DNA from: an uncultured Gemmatimonadaceae bacterium
GTDB taxonomy: Bacteria; Gemmatimonadota; Gemmatimonadetes; Gemmatimonadales; Gemmatimonadaceae
NCBI GenBank assembly: GCA_963829055.1
Contig: CAWHHI010000004.1
Coordinates: 320,001 to 384,000 of the forward strand
Direction of reading: 5' to 3'
Length of the DNA: 64,000 nucleotides
Shown: one piece after another, positions 49,268 to 60,783 of the stretch
Position numbering within the stretch: position 1 is the stretch's first letter
How the letters are laid out: every line of letters begins with the position of its first letter
Made by a program: the position numbers and the translations under genes
Notes under the pieces: generated by a model
Told to the model about the DNA's origin: nothing
Seen by the model: the letters and a program-made list of their open reading frames with translations, nothing else
Database searches by the model: none

Positions 49268-50024
49268 CCGGGCGGAGTCGATGCCAAGCAGCTCGCGGGC
49301 CTCGAGGCGGAACTCGTCGTCCGTCGCGCACAGCGTCTCGCAGTCGCTCGAGCACGAGATCGACGCAGCTCTCGTCGCGCGAACGCCAGATGGTTCGTCA
49401 CCTGCGTGACCGGAATCCCGAGCTCCGTTCCGAGCTGCGCGTACGTTGGTCGGGCATCGCCGCCGTCGTCGAGGTCATAGCGTTGAAAGACCTCGAACTG
49501 CGCGAGCTTGCCGGTCGCCGCGCACGACTCGCGCAAGCGCGGCGACGGCGTCGGCGAACAGACGCGCGCACCCATTCCTGACGAAAGAGGGCGTCATCAT
49601 CGGCACTCGGCGCGAGCGCCGCGTCGGTGAGTCCGGACCCAATCGGCAGCGTGCCCGATCTCCTGCTCGGCCGCCGCGAAATCCAGCGGAACGAATGACA
49701 CGCCACCGCCACGCTTGATCCGACTTGCGCGCCTTGTGCTCGTTCGCGACGAAGCCGTCGAGACACACGCGCAGGAACGTACGAAACCTCGCCCGCGCCG
49801 GATCGAAACGGCCGAGTGACCCCTTCTCGAACGCGCGGGCGAAGAACTCCTGCGTCAGGTCGGCAGCGTCATCACGGTCGCGCGCGCCACTTGATGCGCA
49901 CGTACTTGTAGACCGGTCGCCAGTACGCCGACACGAGCGCGTCGAACGCGACGCGCCGGGTCTCGAGGTCGGCGCTCGCGATACCGGCGACGACGGAATG
50001 GCGCGTGGCGGGGAACGATCCCAC
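49264..50024 (-). CDS. ECF sigma-70 factor of the kinase-associated type, frameshifted
   Basis: FPATRHS, YWRPVYKYVR, DAADLTQEFF, RFRTFL, KRGGG and YAQLGTELGI..VTNHL; ATGA overlap with the kinase. Confidence 0.85.
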
Positions 50025-50105
50025 GACGAGAGACGGCGACGGGAGGGGGACGGGGAGGCGACCAAGGCGGGCAGGGCGACATCGTAGGCCGCAACGCTGA
50101 GCGGG

Positions 50106-50948
50106 TCAATACGACGGGCCCGCGTTGCCGTCACCGGCTTGGGCGGCGGCGCAACAGGCGGCTGATCGTCCGCGACGAATACCTCGCGGGTGAGCGCCGT
50201 AGCCAGAACCGCCGGCGAACGCCCGGTGAGGGCAGTAGCTCCCGCGTGAGCGATCGTGACGACGCGTAGCCGACGCAGTGCCGCGGCCTGCGACCGGCCT
50301 ACCCGCCCGGACGCGAGCAGGTGGAACGCGGCGTTCACGCGAGCGCACGACAGCACGGTGCGCGCCGGCGCGAGCCCCGCCCGCGCGAGCCAGCGATCGA
50401 GCGACCGGCGCGTCGTATTCGCGGCAGCCGCGAGATCGGACACGGAGCGCAACCTGTCTGGCCTTCGAAAGAGCAGTTCGAGCGCGCCTGACACGCCGAC
50501 CGGGAGCATCCCGAACGCGCCGCCGACGCCGCTCACCAGGCGATCGGCGGAATGCGCGGTGATGGCGCGATGCACCGCCGCCGCAAGCGCGCTCGGTGTG
50601 TCGTCGACTCCGCGGATGATGATTTCGCGCGCGCCAAGCCGAGACGAGCGCCTGCACGGCGCGGATGCCGGTCGCCGTGACGGACACGTAGCCGATGAGC
50701 GCCCCCGGAGGTGCGGTTCCGAGTGCGTCGGCCAGCGCGCGCAGTCGACGAGCGGCTCCGCGTTCGTCGCGACGCAGGGGTCGACGATGACGATGTCGTG
50801 CGCAGGTTGGTCCGCTCGTCGAGCCAGTCGCGTGAGCAGGACGTCCCAGGACGTCGTGTTGGCGACGACGTGGGGCGACGGGAATGCGCGTTGGAGATGC
50901 GCGAGCGAGAGTGACGAGAGATGGCAGAGGGCAAACACACGCGGTCAT
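50106..50948 (-). CDS. AraC-like HTH regulator, frameshifted
   Basis: SVSDLAAAANTTRRSLDRWLARAGL helix-turn-helix, preceded by a receiver-like IVIVDP segment. Confidence 0.65.
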   Translation of the reverse strand: MTACVCPLPSLVTLARASPTRIPVAPRRRQHDVLGRPAHATGSTSGPTCARHRHRRPLRRDERGAARRLRALADALGTAPPGALIGYVSVTATGIRAVQALVSAWRARNHHPRSRRHTERACGGGASRHHRAFRRSPGERRRRRVRDAPGRRVRRARTALSKARQVALRVRSRGCREYDAPVARSLARAGGARAGAHRAVVRSRERRVPPARVRAGRPVAGRGTASATRRHDRSRGSYCPHRAFAGGSGYGAHPRGIRRGRSAACCAAAQAGDGNAGPSY

Positions 50949-51047
50949 GGGCGGCGACCGGATGACGTTAGCGTAACCGTCTCACTCACACCGTCATCAT
51001 TCGAACGCGCGCGCCACCGATCTCGCGCAGGCTCGACGTGCCCGCCT

Positions 51048-51394
51048 CTACCAGCGTCGGTGAGGGTCGCTCTCGTCGTCCTCTTCGTCGTCGCGATCGC
51101 GTCTCGGGCGTCCAGTCGGTGCGAAGTCGTGCGGCTCATCGATCTTCTCGCCACCACCATCCTCGGGCCGGCAGTGGAGCCTCGGTGTCCAGGATGCGGC
51201 GAGCCTCGTCGGCGTCCTCACGGCGGACGGCCAGGCGCACCGGGTACAGGATCGCCATGGAGGGGATCATTCCGCCGGCCGTGTCGCGCATGATCGCGGA
51301 CGGGATGTTGTGCGCCTCGAGCACGAGGTGGGCCATCGTCGCCTCCACTTCGCTCGACGTATTTCCGCAGGACGATCACTTCATCGTCGCTCAC
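51048..51394 (-). CDS. DUF2007-like putative signal-transducing protein with an acidic tail, frameshifted
   Basis: EATMAHLVLEAHNIPS...VRLAVRREDADEARRIL. Confidence 0.7.
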
Positions 51395-51425
51395 GGTTCG
51401 AGTCACGATCGTCGCGGGGACGCGG

Positions 51426-51967
51426 CTAAAGGTGTTCCAGTCCGCTTCGGGCCGACGGAGCTTGCCGGTACGCCTCGACCGCGCTCGTTGCAGCGCCAGG
51501 AGCGAGGTGGCTTCGGGCGGAGCTTCGGTAGGCTCGACCGCGTGCTGAAGGCGACGCGAGCTTGCTCGTATTCGACCCAGCGATGTGAGCTTGTGACGTC
51601 GCGCGGAACTCGCCGGAGGCGCGATCGCTGAGCGAGTGGCGTCGGGCGTACTCGCGGCAGGCCTGCCAGAGGTTGTTCGCCCTGTGCCACCAGTCGTCGC
51701 CCCGCTCGCCGTTGACATCTTCATGCAGGACGACTCGTACGCGGCGGCGGCCTCGGAGAGCTGCTCGTCGCTCGCGGCGACCAGGCGGAGGGCAGCGGTC
51801 TGCTCGATCTCGCTGGTCTCCATCTCGATCAGTCGGGCGTACCGCCGGTGCTGGCGACAGCACTCGGCCGCGGACCGAAAGAGGAGGTCGGCCTTGTCGC
51901 AGATGGTTGGTTCAGGGGCGGCCGCGGCTGCCTTGGAGGCGGGGCGGCGCTGCTTCGTCTTCGGCAT
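51426..51967 (-). CDS. Helical hypothetical protein, frameshifted
   Basis: ADLLFRSAAECCRQHRRY...WWHRANNLWQACREYARRH with GC3-rich codons; 3' end uncertain. Confidence 0.6.
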
Positions 51968-52176
51968 CGGAGGCAACGGAAAGGAGACTCAGTACGACGG
52001 GTGGGCGCGGCGCTCGAGCGGTTCGGCGAGAATAAGACGAAGGCGCCGCCCCCTCATGATAACTAGACGACGCACCATCGCGCCGGGTCATGTGGCCGTG
52101 TCGGCGATCGGGCAATCGGGGCACTGGCGGCCGGAGCTTTTTGCAGGGCCGAGCCGCGGCCGGCGGCGACTCTCCG

Positions 52177-53330
52177 CTACTTCAGCTCGAGATTGTGCTT
52201 GCTGACCAGGTCCATGTACGTCGCGTAGCCACCCTTCGCGGACTCGGACACGAACGAATCGACCGTCTGCAGCAGCTGTGTGCTGAAGTAGCCAGGTACG
52301 CTCTGCGGATGGGACCCGTAGAAGCCGCCGCCGAAGTAGCTGCGGATGATGACGCTGCGCGAATCATGAGGCAGCGTTCGGACGCTCGCCGCGAAGGCGT
52401 CGAACGAGCCTTCACGCATGAGGTAGAACTCCACGTTCGACACGTACAGCGCCGACAGCGTCTCTCCCCGCTCCGTCATCACCTTGCCGATCTCGCGCAG
52501 TGCGTGGTCCCCGGCGAGGTTGCCGACGACCGGCACGATGAGGTTGCGGCCCTCGAGCGACTTCACGAACTGGAAGTCGTCTTCGTGGCGAGGTACGACA
52601 GCTGCTTCCCAGCCAGGTCATGCTCGAGCAGGAGCGATCGCAGCGTCGGATAGTAGGGGCGCGGCGCTCGGCCCAGACTGGTGAACTGCAGTTCCAGTCC
52701 GGCCTCGAAGAACGCCTGGTGGATGTGATCGATAGTCTCGAGCTCCGCCGGCGTCAGCGGAATCCCGTAGCGTTTCACCTTCGTGCGAATCATCGCTCGC
52801 GACGTCTCGTACTGGTCGGCGTCCGCGGGCGTCTTGTCGATGAGCTCGACGACGTCGGCGATACTCTTGCGCTTCCACTTCGCGACGTCGTTAGGTATCG
52901 CCCGGCCGGTGAGCAACGCCAGGTACTCCACGCGGTCGTGCGCCATCTCGAACAGCGCCTTGAACAGCAGATGCTGCAGCAGATTGTCGCGACGAATGTC
53001 GACGATGAACGCGATGCGTGGCCGAATCTGCGCGATGTACGAGAAGCTCTGATCCGGACCAACGCCGATGTACGCGCCGCCGGTGACCCCAAGGCGTCTC
53101 ATGGCGCCGAGCACGTGAAGGTACGACGACTCGTTGGAAATGAGGTTGTCGGAGTCGAAGAATCCGCCGGGCTCCGAGATGCGCGCGCTGAGTGCCGCGA
53201 ATGCCGAGTCGCTGAGTGCGGGCGCCAGCTGTTGCGTGGTGTACGCCGTCGCGTGCGCCGCGTCCTGCTGGTACGCGGAGACCGGCAGCGCCGCGAGCAG
53301 CAGAGCACCCACGACCGATTTCGTCAGCAT
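52177..53330 (-). CDS. Exported hypothetical protein, one frameshift
   Basis: Signal peptide; SEPGGFFDSDNLISNE, GAYIGVGPDQSF and LYVSNVEFYL; two ORFs join near 52570. Confidence 0.75.
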
Positions 53331-53388
53331 GTGGCTGGCTTCCGTGCGTCGAGGAGCAGGTGAGGGGCGTTCATGACGGTATGGGCTG

Positions 53389-53919
53389 TCAGGCCGGCTG
53401 TTGGAGCGCGCGACGGTACGCCTCGAGCACCGCTGGCCCGAAGCACGTGAGCGTCACGCGCTCGATCCGCTCGTCGGCATTGAGGAACCGCCGCACTTCG
53501 CTCACGGCGATCGCTGCAGCCTTGTCCACGGGGTATCCATATACGCCGCAGCTGATCGCGGGGAATGCTACCGTCCGCGCGTCATGCTCGGCCGCCAGAC
53601 GAAGGGATTCACGATACGCTGACGCGAGCAGCTCGGGCTCGCCGTGCGATCCGTCGCGCCAGACCGGACCAACGGCGTGGATGACCCAGCGTGCCGGCAG
53701 TCGATAGCCGCGCGTGATCTTCGCGCGACCGGTTTCACAGCCGCCCAGCGTACGGCATTCGGCGAGAAGCTCAGGGCCGGCGGCGCGGTGAATCGCGCCG
53801 TCCACTCCACCGCCGCCGAGCAGCGACGTGTTCGCCGCGTTCACGATCGCGTCCACGGCGAGCGTCGTGATGTCCGCTGCGACGATCTCGATGCGATTCA
53901 CACTGCTCCTACCGCTCAT
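53389..53919 (-). CDS. ymdB: Macro-domain O-acetyl-ADP-ribose deacetylase (YmdB-like)
   Basis: [37 protein letters not shown] and [12 protein letters not shown]; intact ORF. Confidence 0.92.
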   Translation of the reverse strand: MSGRSSVNRIEIVAADITTLAVDAIVNAANTSLLGGGGVDGAIHRAAGPELLAECRTLGGCETGRAKITRGYRLPARWVIHAVGPVWRDGSHGEPELLASAYRESLRLAAEHDARTVAFPAISCGVYGYPVDKAAAIAVSEVRRFLNADERIERVTLTCFGPAVLEAYRRALQQPA

Positions 53920-54459
53920 GCGATACCGGCCGGCGCGTTAGGCGTCCGCGGGCGTCGGGCCGGCGCGTCGGCGCCGCCGCGGCGGAGCAACAGCAGTGCG
54001 AGCAGGATCGCGCCGCACGTCACGCCGACGTCCGCGAGGTTGAACGTGTAGAATCGCCAGCCGCCGACGCCGATGTCGATGAAGTCGACGACGCCGCGAT
54101 ACGTGCCGCCTGGCGACCGGAATCGGTCCATCACGTTGCCGATCGCGCCACCGGCGACGAGCGCGAGCGCCGTCGCCTGGACGCGGTCCTTCGGCGGCGT
54201 CGTGCGGTAGATGCTGGCGAGCACGGCGAGCACGCCTAACGCCAGTAACGAGAAGCCCGACGCGGGAATGCTCGCCGAGCGACACGGAGAACGCGGCGCC
54301 GGTATTGTACGCGAGCGTGAAGCGAACGACGTCCCCCACTACGGGGTGCGGGACGTGCTCGGGGACGAGATGCTGCTCCGCCAGCCGTTTGGTCGTGCAG
54401 TCGGCGAGGACGAGCAGAAACAGGAGCGGCCAGAAGGCCTTGGCTTTGCTGGTCAGCAT
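53916..54459 (-). CDS. lspA: Signal peptidase II, one frameshift
   Basis: [24 protein letters not shown] and FNLAD. Confidence 0.92.
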
Positions 54460-54512
54460 CGAGAGGACTCCATGGCCGGAAAGCTAATGACGGCGGGCAC
54501 GGTCACCGTCGT

Positions 54513-55941
54513 TCATTGTCGGGAAAGTGCGGGGATTCTGAGGACCTGGAGGTGCGCGGTCCCGTTCGCGCTCGCGCGCACGAGGATGCCACGAATAGTT
54601 GCCCGGACCTCGAGCACGTCACCGGTAGCCACCTTGGCCACGAGCGACGCGTTCTGCCCGAGCGGCCGATTCATACCCCGCTCCAGGCGGTCGCGTGCCC
54701 GCTCGACCAGGTCGGCGACGGGAAAGCGGGCCCGCGTCCGCAGCATGGTCTGCACGTCCCCTCGGCGCATGAACTCGAGCCCGCGGACGAGCAGGTCGGC
54801 ACTACTGACGTCGTACGCGAGGTCGGGGACGAAGAGCTGCCGCGTTTCGGCGTCGAAGCGCGGCGTGCCGACGAGGTACACGAGGCCGCTGGCCGCACCG
54901 TCGAACCTCAGCGGCGAGCGCTACGCGGCCCCCTCCGATGCCGGACAGGAGCGCTTCGCGGATGGTGATCCATCGGGCGCCACGGCGAATGCGCTTGCCG
55001 ACGAGGTTCTTCTGGAGAATCGCGTTGGCGATGTCGTAGCTCAGTTCTCCCTCGAGCAGCACGTGCAGCGCCTGCTCGTGCTTCCCGGTTTCTCGGGTCA
55101 GCGGAGGAAGGCCGTCGGTGCCGTCGGCCGGGCGCGGGCCGGTGACGACTCGCGGTTCACCCGTGAGTCCGACGTCGAGGGCCACGACCCGACCCGAGCC
55201 GGCAATGGGCCCGAGGTGGACGGCCCGTGGCTGGATGAGCAGCCAGACGCTGTCGGACAGGCGGATGGGACGCTGCAGCACCCGCCACCACCGTTCGATC
55301 GGCGCCCGCACGTCCACCGTCGCGATCTTTTCGTCGAGCTGGACGACGCGCTTCTCGAGCTCCGCTCGGGCCGCGGTCACGACGCGGTCGGTGACGTCGA
55401 TCTTGAAGACGGTGACCTTGCACTGGTCGCGGCGCTCATCGCTGAACGGAGCGACGCGCGTGATCTCGCTCTTGCCGCGGAGTCGCCAGTCGGACGTTAT
55501 GCGGAGCGTCGTCGCGATCTCGACGACCACGCGTGGTCGCGCGGCGCCGAGGCCGCAGGATCCGAACAGGTCGCCACCGAGTGGCGCGTTGTACCACCCC
55601 TTGCCCTGGTACTCGAGCACCGTTTTCAGCCGAACGGTATTCCTCTCGAGTCGCACCTCGAACGGCGAACGCTCGGCCGCGAACGCCGTGTTGACGCGAT
55701 GGTTCGTTGCGCTGCGGCGGCGTGCTTCGAGGTCACCGAACGTTCGCGGCACGGCGGCCTCGAGCCGCTGCGAATGCCGGGGAGAGGTCGTACGTGATCG
55801 GTGCGTCGAGCAGCGACGGCGGGAGCGGCGGGAGGGAGTCGGCGGCGGTATCGGCGACGCGAACTGGAGGCGGTGCGTCCACCGGCCGCGGACGGGCCGC
55901 AGCCGATCAACACCGCGACGACTGCCGCGGAGGAGCGCCAT
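54513..55941 (-). CDS. DUF4403-like lipoprotein, frameshifted
   Basis: LIGC lipobox-like segment; WRVLQRPIRLSDSVWLLIQP and YLVGTPRFD. Confidence 0.65.
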
Positions 55942-55956
55942 GTCGACGTCGCATGG

Positions 55957-56947
55957 CTATCCCTGTCGGTGCTTGCGCATCCAGTCCTCGACGAACGTCG
56001 GCAGAAACATGTTGTCGGCGATGGCCGCGACTTCCTCTGCCTCCTTCCACGCCTGCTCGAGCAGTGCGAGCTCGCCCTCGAGGGCGCGTCGTTCACTGTC
56101 TTCGTGCGCGGCCATCTCGAGCGCGAGGCGCAGCGACTCCGGCAGTGCCGAGATCTTCGCTTTCGCGCGGCTCATTGCCATGCGAGCGGCGACGTCGAAG
56201 AAGCGCATCGGGTCTGGTACGCGCTCGATCAGCGAGACGGCCTCCGTCACGCGATCGCGCGAGCCGCCGAATCGATTGAGCTGCGGCAGGAGCTTCCCGA
56301 GCGCCTGAATCGCGGGGTCTCCCTCGAGCGTCACGATCTGTTTGCGATAGCGGAAGGCCGAGTCGCCAGCCGGTCTCGTCGCTCGTCACGAGCTGCAGTC
56401 GGCTCAGGTGCTTCCCCTTCACGGTGAGCTCGCCGACGTCGGGGACGGGAAGGCGTGCGACGACCCGCTCGGGTGAGCCTTTGACGATGCGCTCGCCCAT
56501 CTGGCCGATGAGCCATCCGAAACCGCCGATGCCGACGCCCGCCGCGGCGCCGCCGACGACGAGCGCGCCTAACGCGCCGAGCCCGATGCCGACGCGGATC
56601 AGGGCGGTGCGGCGTCGGCGACCGAGCTGATCGCCGTACCGCCAGGCGGCGAATTCGGGGCGTTCGGGGCGACCGATGCGCACGAGCTCCAGCCCGGACG
56701 GGAGTCGGGCGAGACCGATCTGGTCGGTGGAGACGCGGAGTCGGGTGTCACGATAGAACCGCTCGCACTCCTCGATGGCTTCCCATCGTTCTTCGGTCGG
56801 CGTCAGGTTCCACTGGCGGCAACGACGGCAAACGACCCAGAGCCGGCCGCGTTCGGGATCGAAGGCGAGACGCCGGCCAACGGGAAAATGCTCGATGGTG
56901 TCGTTTCCTTCGAGCGCGCTGTGGCAGAAGATGCAGGTAGAATACAT
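55957..56947 (-). CDS. Hypothetical membrane protein with an N-terminal Zn-ribbon, one frameshift
   Basis: CIFC...CRRC, one Gly-rich TM, and C-terminal LALEMAAHEDSERRALEGELALLEQAWKEAEEVAAIAD. Confidence 0.75.
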
Positions 56948-57007
56948 CTCTCTTCGAATATGGCCGACGGCGCAGACAGCGGCGAGGCGACCACCACGGG
57001 GGACGGC

Positions 57008-57988
57008 ATGCAATATCGGCGGCTCGGGCAGACGGGGATGACGGTGTCACGCATCTGTCTCGGGTGCATGAGCTATGGCAGCTCGAAGTGGCGCCCGTGG
57101 GTGCTGAACGAGGATGCGGCGCGGCCGTTCTTCCGTCAGGCGCTCGAGCGCGGGATCAACTTCTTCGACACCGCCGACATGTACTCGCTCGGCGCCAGCG
57201 AAGAGGTGACGGGACGCGCGCTACGGGCGATGGCGAAGCTCGAAGAGATCGTCATCGCGACCAAGGTCTTCTGGCCGATGGGTGAAGGGCAGAACATGGC
57301 TGGCCTCTCGCGGAAACACATCATGCAAGCGTGCGAGGCGAGTCTCAGTCGACTCGGTATCGAGACGATCGATCTGTACCAGATCCATCGGTTCGATCCG
57401 GCGACGCCGATCGACGAGACGCTGCGCGCCCTGGAGGATCTCGTCAGGCAGGGGAAGGTCCGCTATATCGGCGCGAGCTCGGGGTACGCGTGGCTGATGA
57501 TGAAGGCGCTCAGCCTCTCTGAACGAAACGGGTGGGCGCGGTTCGTCACGATGCAGAATCACTACAACCTCCTCTATCGTGAAGAGGAGCGCGAGATGAT
57601 TCCGCTGTGTGAGGCCGAGGGCATCGGCGTGATTCCGTGGTCGCCGCTCGCTCGCGGGCTGCTTGCCCGGGGCGAGTCTCGCTTTGGTGGTGACGCGGGA
57701 ACGTCGCGTGGTGCGACGGACACGATTGGCCCCAAGCTGTACGACACGCCGGGGGACGCGGACGTCGTCGCGGCGGTGCGTCGCGTGGCGCAGGGCCGGG
57801 GGATCACGCCGGCGGAAGTGTCGCTCGCGTGGTTGCTGTCGCGCCGCGCGGTGGTGGCGCCGATCGTCGGAGCGACGAAACCGGAGCATCTCGATGCGGC
57901 GGTTCGGGCGGTGGACATCACGCTGACGGCGGACGAGATCGGGATGCTCGAGGCGCCGTATAGGCCGCATGGGGTGAAGGGTCACTGA
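57008..57988 (+). CDS. Aldo/keto reductase (YajO-like)
   Basis: LGCMSYG, FDTADMYS, ATKV, DLYQIHRFD, GKVRYIGAS, MQNHYNL and WSPLARG; intact ORF. Confidence 0.95.
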   Translation: MQYRRLGQTGMTVSRICLGCMSYGSSKWRPWVLNEDAARPFFRQALERGINFFDTADMYSLGASEEVTGRALRAMAKLEEIVIATKVFWPMGEGQNMAGLSRKHIMQACEASLSRLGIETIDLYQIHRFDPATPIDETLRALEDLVRQGKVRYIGASSGYAWLMMKALSLSERNGWARFVTMQNHYNLLYREEEREMIPLCEAEGIGVIPWSPLARGLLARGESRFGGDAGTSRGATDTIGPKLYDTPGDADVVAAVRRVAQGRGITPAEVSLAWLLSRRAVVAPIVGATKPEHLDAAVRAVDITLTADEIGMLEAPYRPHGVKGH

Positions 57989-58231
57989 CGGGCCGAAGGA
58001 CCGAGGCCTTAGGAAGGAGGAAACAGCGGGACCGGGGACCCGGGAACGGGGAACTGCGGCTGGTTGCTGGGTGGTCGTGCTGGTGGCTGGGTGACGCTGG
58101 GTGCTGTTGCGAGCAGCACGTAGGATGCTGGGCGATAATAGCAGCAGCGGGCGGCGTGCGGCCGCAGCATGCAGCCGTCGGCAGATGTTCCCAGCGTGCA
58201 GCTGCGTGCAACAGGCAGCTGCTCGCTAGGG

Positions 58232-59305
58232 CTACCTAACAAGATAGAACGCCATTCCAAGTATGGCGTACAACGCAAGCAGCAGCAGACCCTCGAACCA
58301 GGTCGTCTCTCCGTCATGCGCGATGGCGTTCACGCCGAACGCCACCGCCGCGATCGCGATCAGCTCGATCGGGTTCCCGAACACCAGGTTCATCGGGTGC
58401 CCCATGAAGTACGACGCGATCACGAGGATCGGCGCCGTCAGCAGCGCTACCTGCACCGTCGCGCCGACCGTGATCGTGAACACGAGCCCCATCCGATCGC
58501 GGCGCGCGAAGTAGACCGCCGACACGTACTCGGCCGCGTTGCCCACGACCGCGAGGACCGTCACGCCAAGGAAGAATGGTGACAGCCCGAGGCTCTTCGA
58601 CGTCTCCTCGAGCGCACCCGACACGAGCTCCGCCTCGAGCGCGATGAAGGCAGTCGCGCCGAGCAGCACGCCGATCGACTTCCACACCGGCCACGCTTCG
58701 CCGTGCATCTCGTCGGCGTCCTCCTCGCGGGAGAAGACGTTCTTATGCGTGACGAGCGTGTACGCGATGTTCGCGAAGTACATGATGATCAGCACGACGG
58801 ACACGCCGAGGCTCAGGAGCTCGTCGAGGCGTGTGCGTTCGATGACCGTCTGATTGAGTCCGCGCTCAGTGTAGTCGAACAGCGCCGGAACGAGCAGCGC
58901 GATGACCGAGAGGATGAGAAGGCTCGACTGCAGGCCGGCGCGTTCTCGCGGGAAGGTCTGCGTGTGTCGCTTCCATCCGCCAACGACGATGGCGAGGCCG
59001 AGGCCGAGCAGCGCGTTGCCGATGATCGAGCCGGTGATCTGCGCCTTCACCACCTCCGTGTTCCCGGCAGCCAGGATGAACAGCGCGATGATCAGCTCGG
59101 CCATGTTGCCGAACGTGACGTTCACGAGCCCGCCGATCTCGGAGCCGGCGCGGACGGCGAGATGCTCGGTCGCGCGTCGGATCCACTCGGCGAGCGGAAC
59201 GATGGCGAGCACGCCGATCGCGAACACCCACACTGGCGATGCGTGGAACACGTACTCCAGCAGCACCGACAGCGGAACGAGGAGCAGAAACAGGTTGACG
59301 ATCAT
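58232..59305 (-). CDS. cax: Calcium/proton exchanger (CaCA family)
   Basis: [22 protein letters not shown] and DGETTWFEG; intact ORF. Confidence 0.93.
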   Translation of the reverse strand: MIVNLFLLLVPLSVLLEYVFHASPVWVFAIGVLAIVPLAEWIRRATEHLAVRAGSEIGGLVNVTFGNMAELIIALFILAAGNTEVVKAQITGSIIGNALLGLGLAIVVGGWKRHTQTFPRERAGLQSSLLILSVIALLVPALFDYTERGLNQTVIERTRLDELLSLGVSVVLIIMYFANIAYTLVTHKNVFSREEDADEMHGEAWPVWKSIGVLLGATAFIALEAELVSGALEETSKSLGLSPFFLGVTVLAVVGNAAEYVSAVYFARRDRMGLVFTITVGATVQVALLTAPILVIASYFMGHPMNLVFGNPIELIAIAAVAFGVNAIAHDGETTWFEGLLLLALYAILGMAFYLVR

Positions 59306-59537
59306 GCGCGGAATTTGTGTGACACAGGCCAGCGCCGGGAGCCGATGTCGCGAATCGGTCGGCTCCGGCCGCGGCGATAGCACTGGAGCTAACCCTGAGA
59401 GGGCTGGCATCTCGATCAGCACCCTCGGTCAGCCCAAGCCAGCGGATACGGGGACTGAAAGCTGAAAACTATGACTGAGTGACTGACTCACTTGGAACTG
59501 GCCATGCCGCCGCCGGACTGCCAGCCATTTCCGGGCC

Positions 59538-60783
59538 CTAGGAACGTCCTTCGACCCCGGTGACCGCGCGGAAGGTATCACGCGCGATGAGGAGCTCCTC
59601 GTCCGTCGGGATCACCCAGACCGGCAGCCGGGAGGCCGCACTCGTTATGCGGCCCTCCTTTCCGCCGACCATCTCGCGCGTTCGCGGCTTCATCCAGCTC
59701 TACGCCAGCCCAGGCCAGTCCTCGGCAGATTTCCGCGCGGACCTCTGGTGCATTCTCGCCGATGCCGCCTGCGAACACGATCGCGTTCGAGCCGCCGAGC
59801 GCGGCCAGGTAGGAGCCGATGTACTTGCGCGCGCGATAGCAGAAGATGTCGATCGCGAGACGAGCGCGGCGGTCGTTGTTCTCGTGTGCCTCGGCCAGCA
59901 GATCGCGCATGTCGTGCGTGAGGCCGGACAGACCCAGCAAGCCAGACTGCTTGTTCAGCAGGTTGTCGACCTCGCTCGGTGAGAGTCCTTCCTTCGTGCC
60001 GAGGTACTCGAGCACAGCGGGGTCGATGTCGCCGGACCGTGTGCCCATCACCAGGCCTTCGAGCGGCGTGAATCCCATCGACGTGTCGACGGAATTGCCG
60101 GCGTCGATCGCGCACGCCGAGCATCCGTTGCCCAGGTGCAGCGTGATGATGCGCGTCTGATCACGCGAGACTCCGGTCAGCTCGCGCCAGCGATACGCCA
60201 CGTAGCGATGCGACGTCCCGTGGAATCCGTATCGTCGCACCTTGTGGCGTCGATAGAGCTGATACGGGATCGCGTAGAGGAACGCGCGCTCGGGAATCGT
60301 ATGGTGAAATGCCGTGTCGAACACGGCGACGTGCGGCACGTTTGCGCCGAGGACCGCGCGGGCGCCCGCGTACCCCTTGAGGTTGTGCGGATTGTGCAGT
60401 GGCGCGAGGTCGATCATGTCCTCGATGCCGCGCAGCACGTCGTCATCGATGCGGACCGATCGCTGAAAGCGCTCGCCGCCGTGGACCACACGGTGTCCTA
60501 CGGCGTCGATCTCACCGACAGCGCCGATGACCGGTCCCGACTCCTTCGACGCGAGCCACGCCACGATGTACTCGACGGCGCCGCGGAGGTCGCGGATCGG
60601 CGCAGTGTCGCGCGTGGGAACGCCGTCGGCGGCACGGAGCGTGATGATCGCTTCGCCGCCAATGCGCTCGATCTGCCCGCGGGCGAGCTTCTCATCCGTG
60701 TGCGCCTTGATGCGCTCGGCGTCCGTGCGCACGAGCTGGAACTTGACTGTCGACGAGCCGGCGTTGATGACGAGGACGTTCAC
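59538..60783 (-). CDS. ackA: Acetate/propionate kinase, one frameshift near the 3' end
   Basis: [68 protein letters not shown] and PTDEE. Confidence 0.95.

Noticed and set aside
49475..50938. AraC-ECF sigma fusion suggested by the 487 aa ORF
   Set aside because: The ORF is a patchwork of shifted frames, and separate start and stop signals exist (50948-50106 and 50024-49264).
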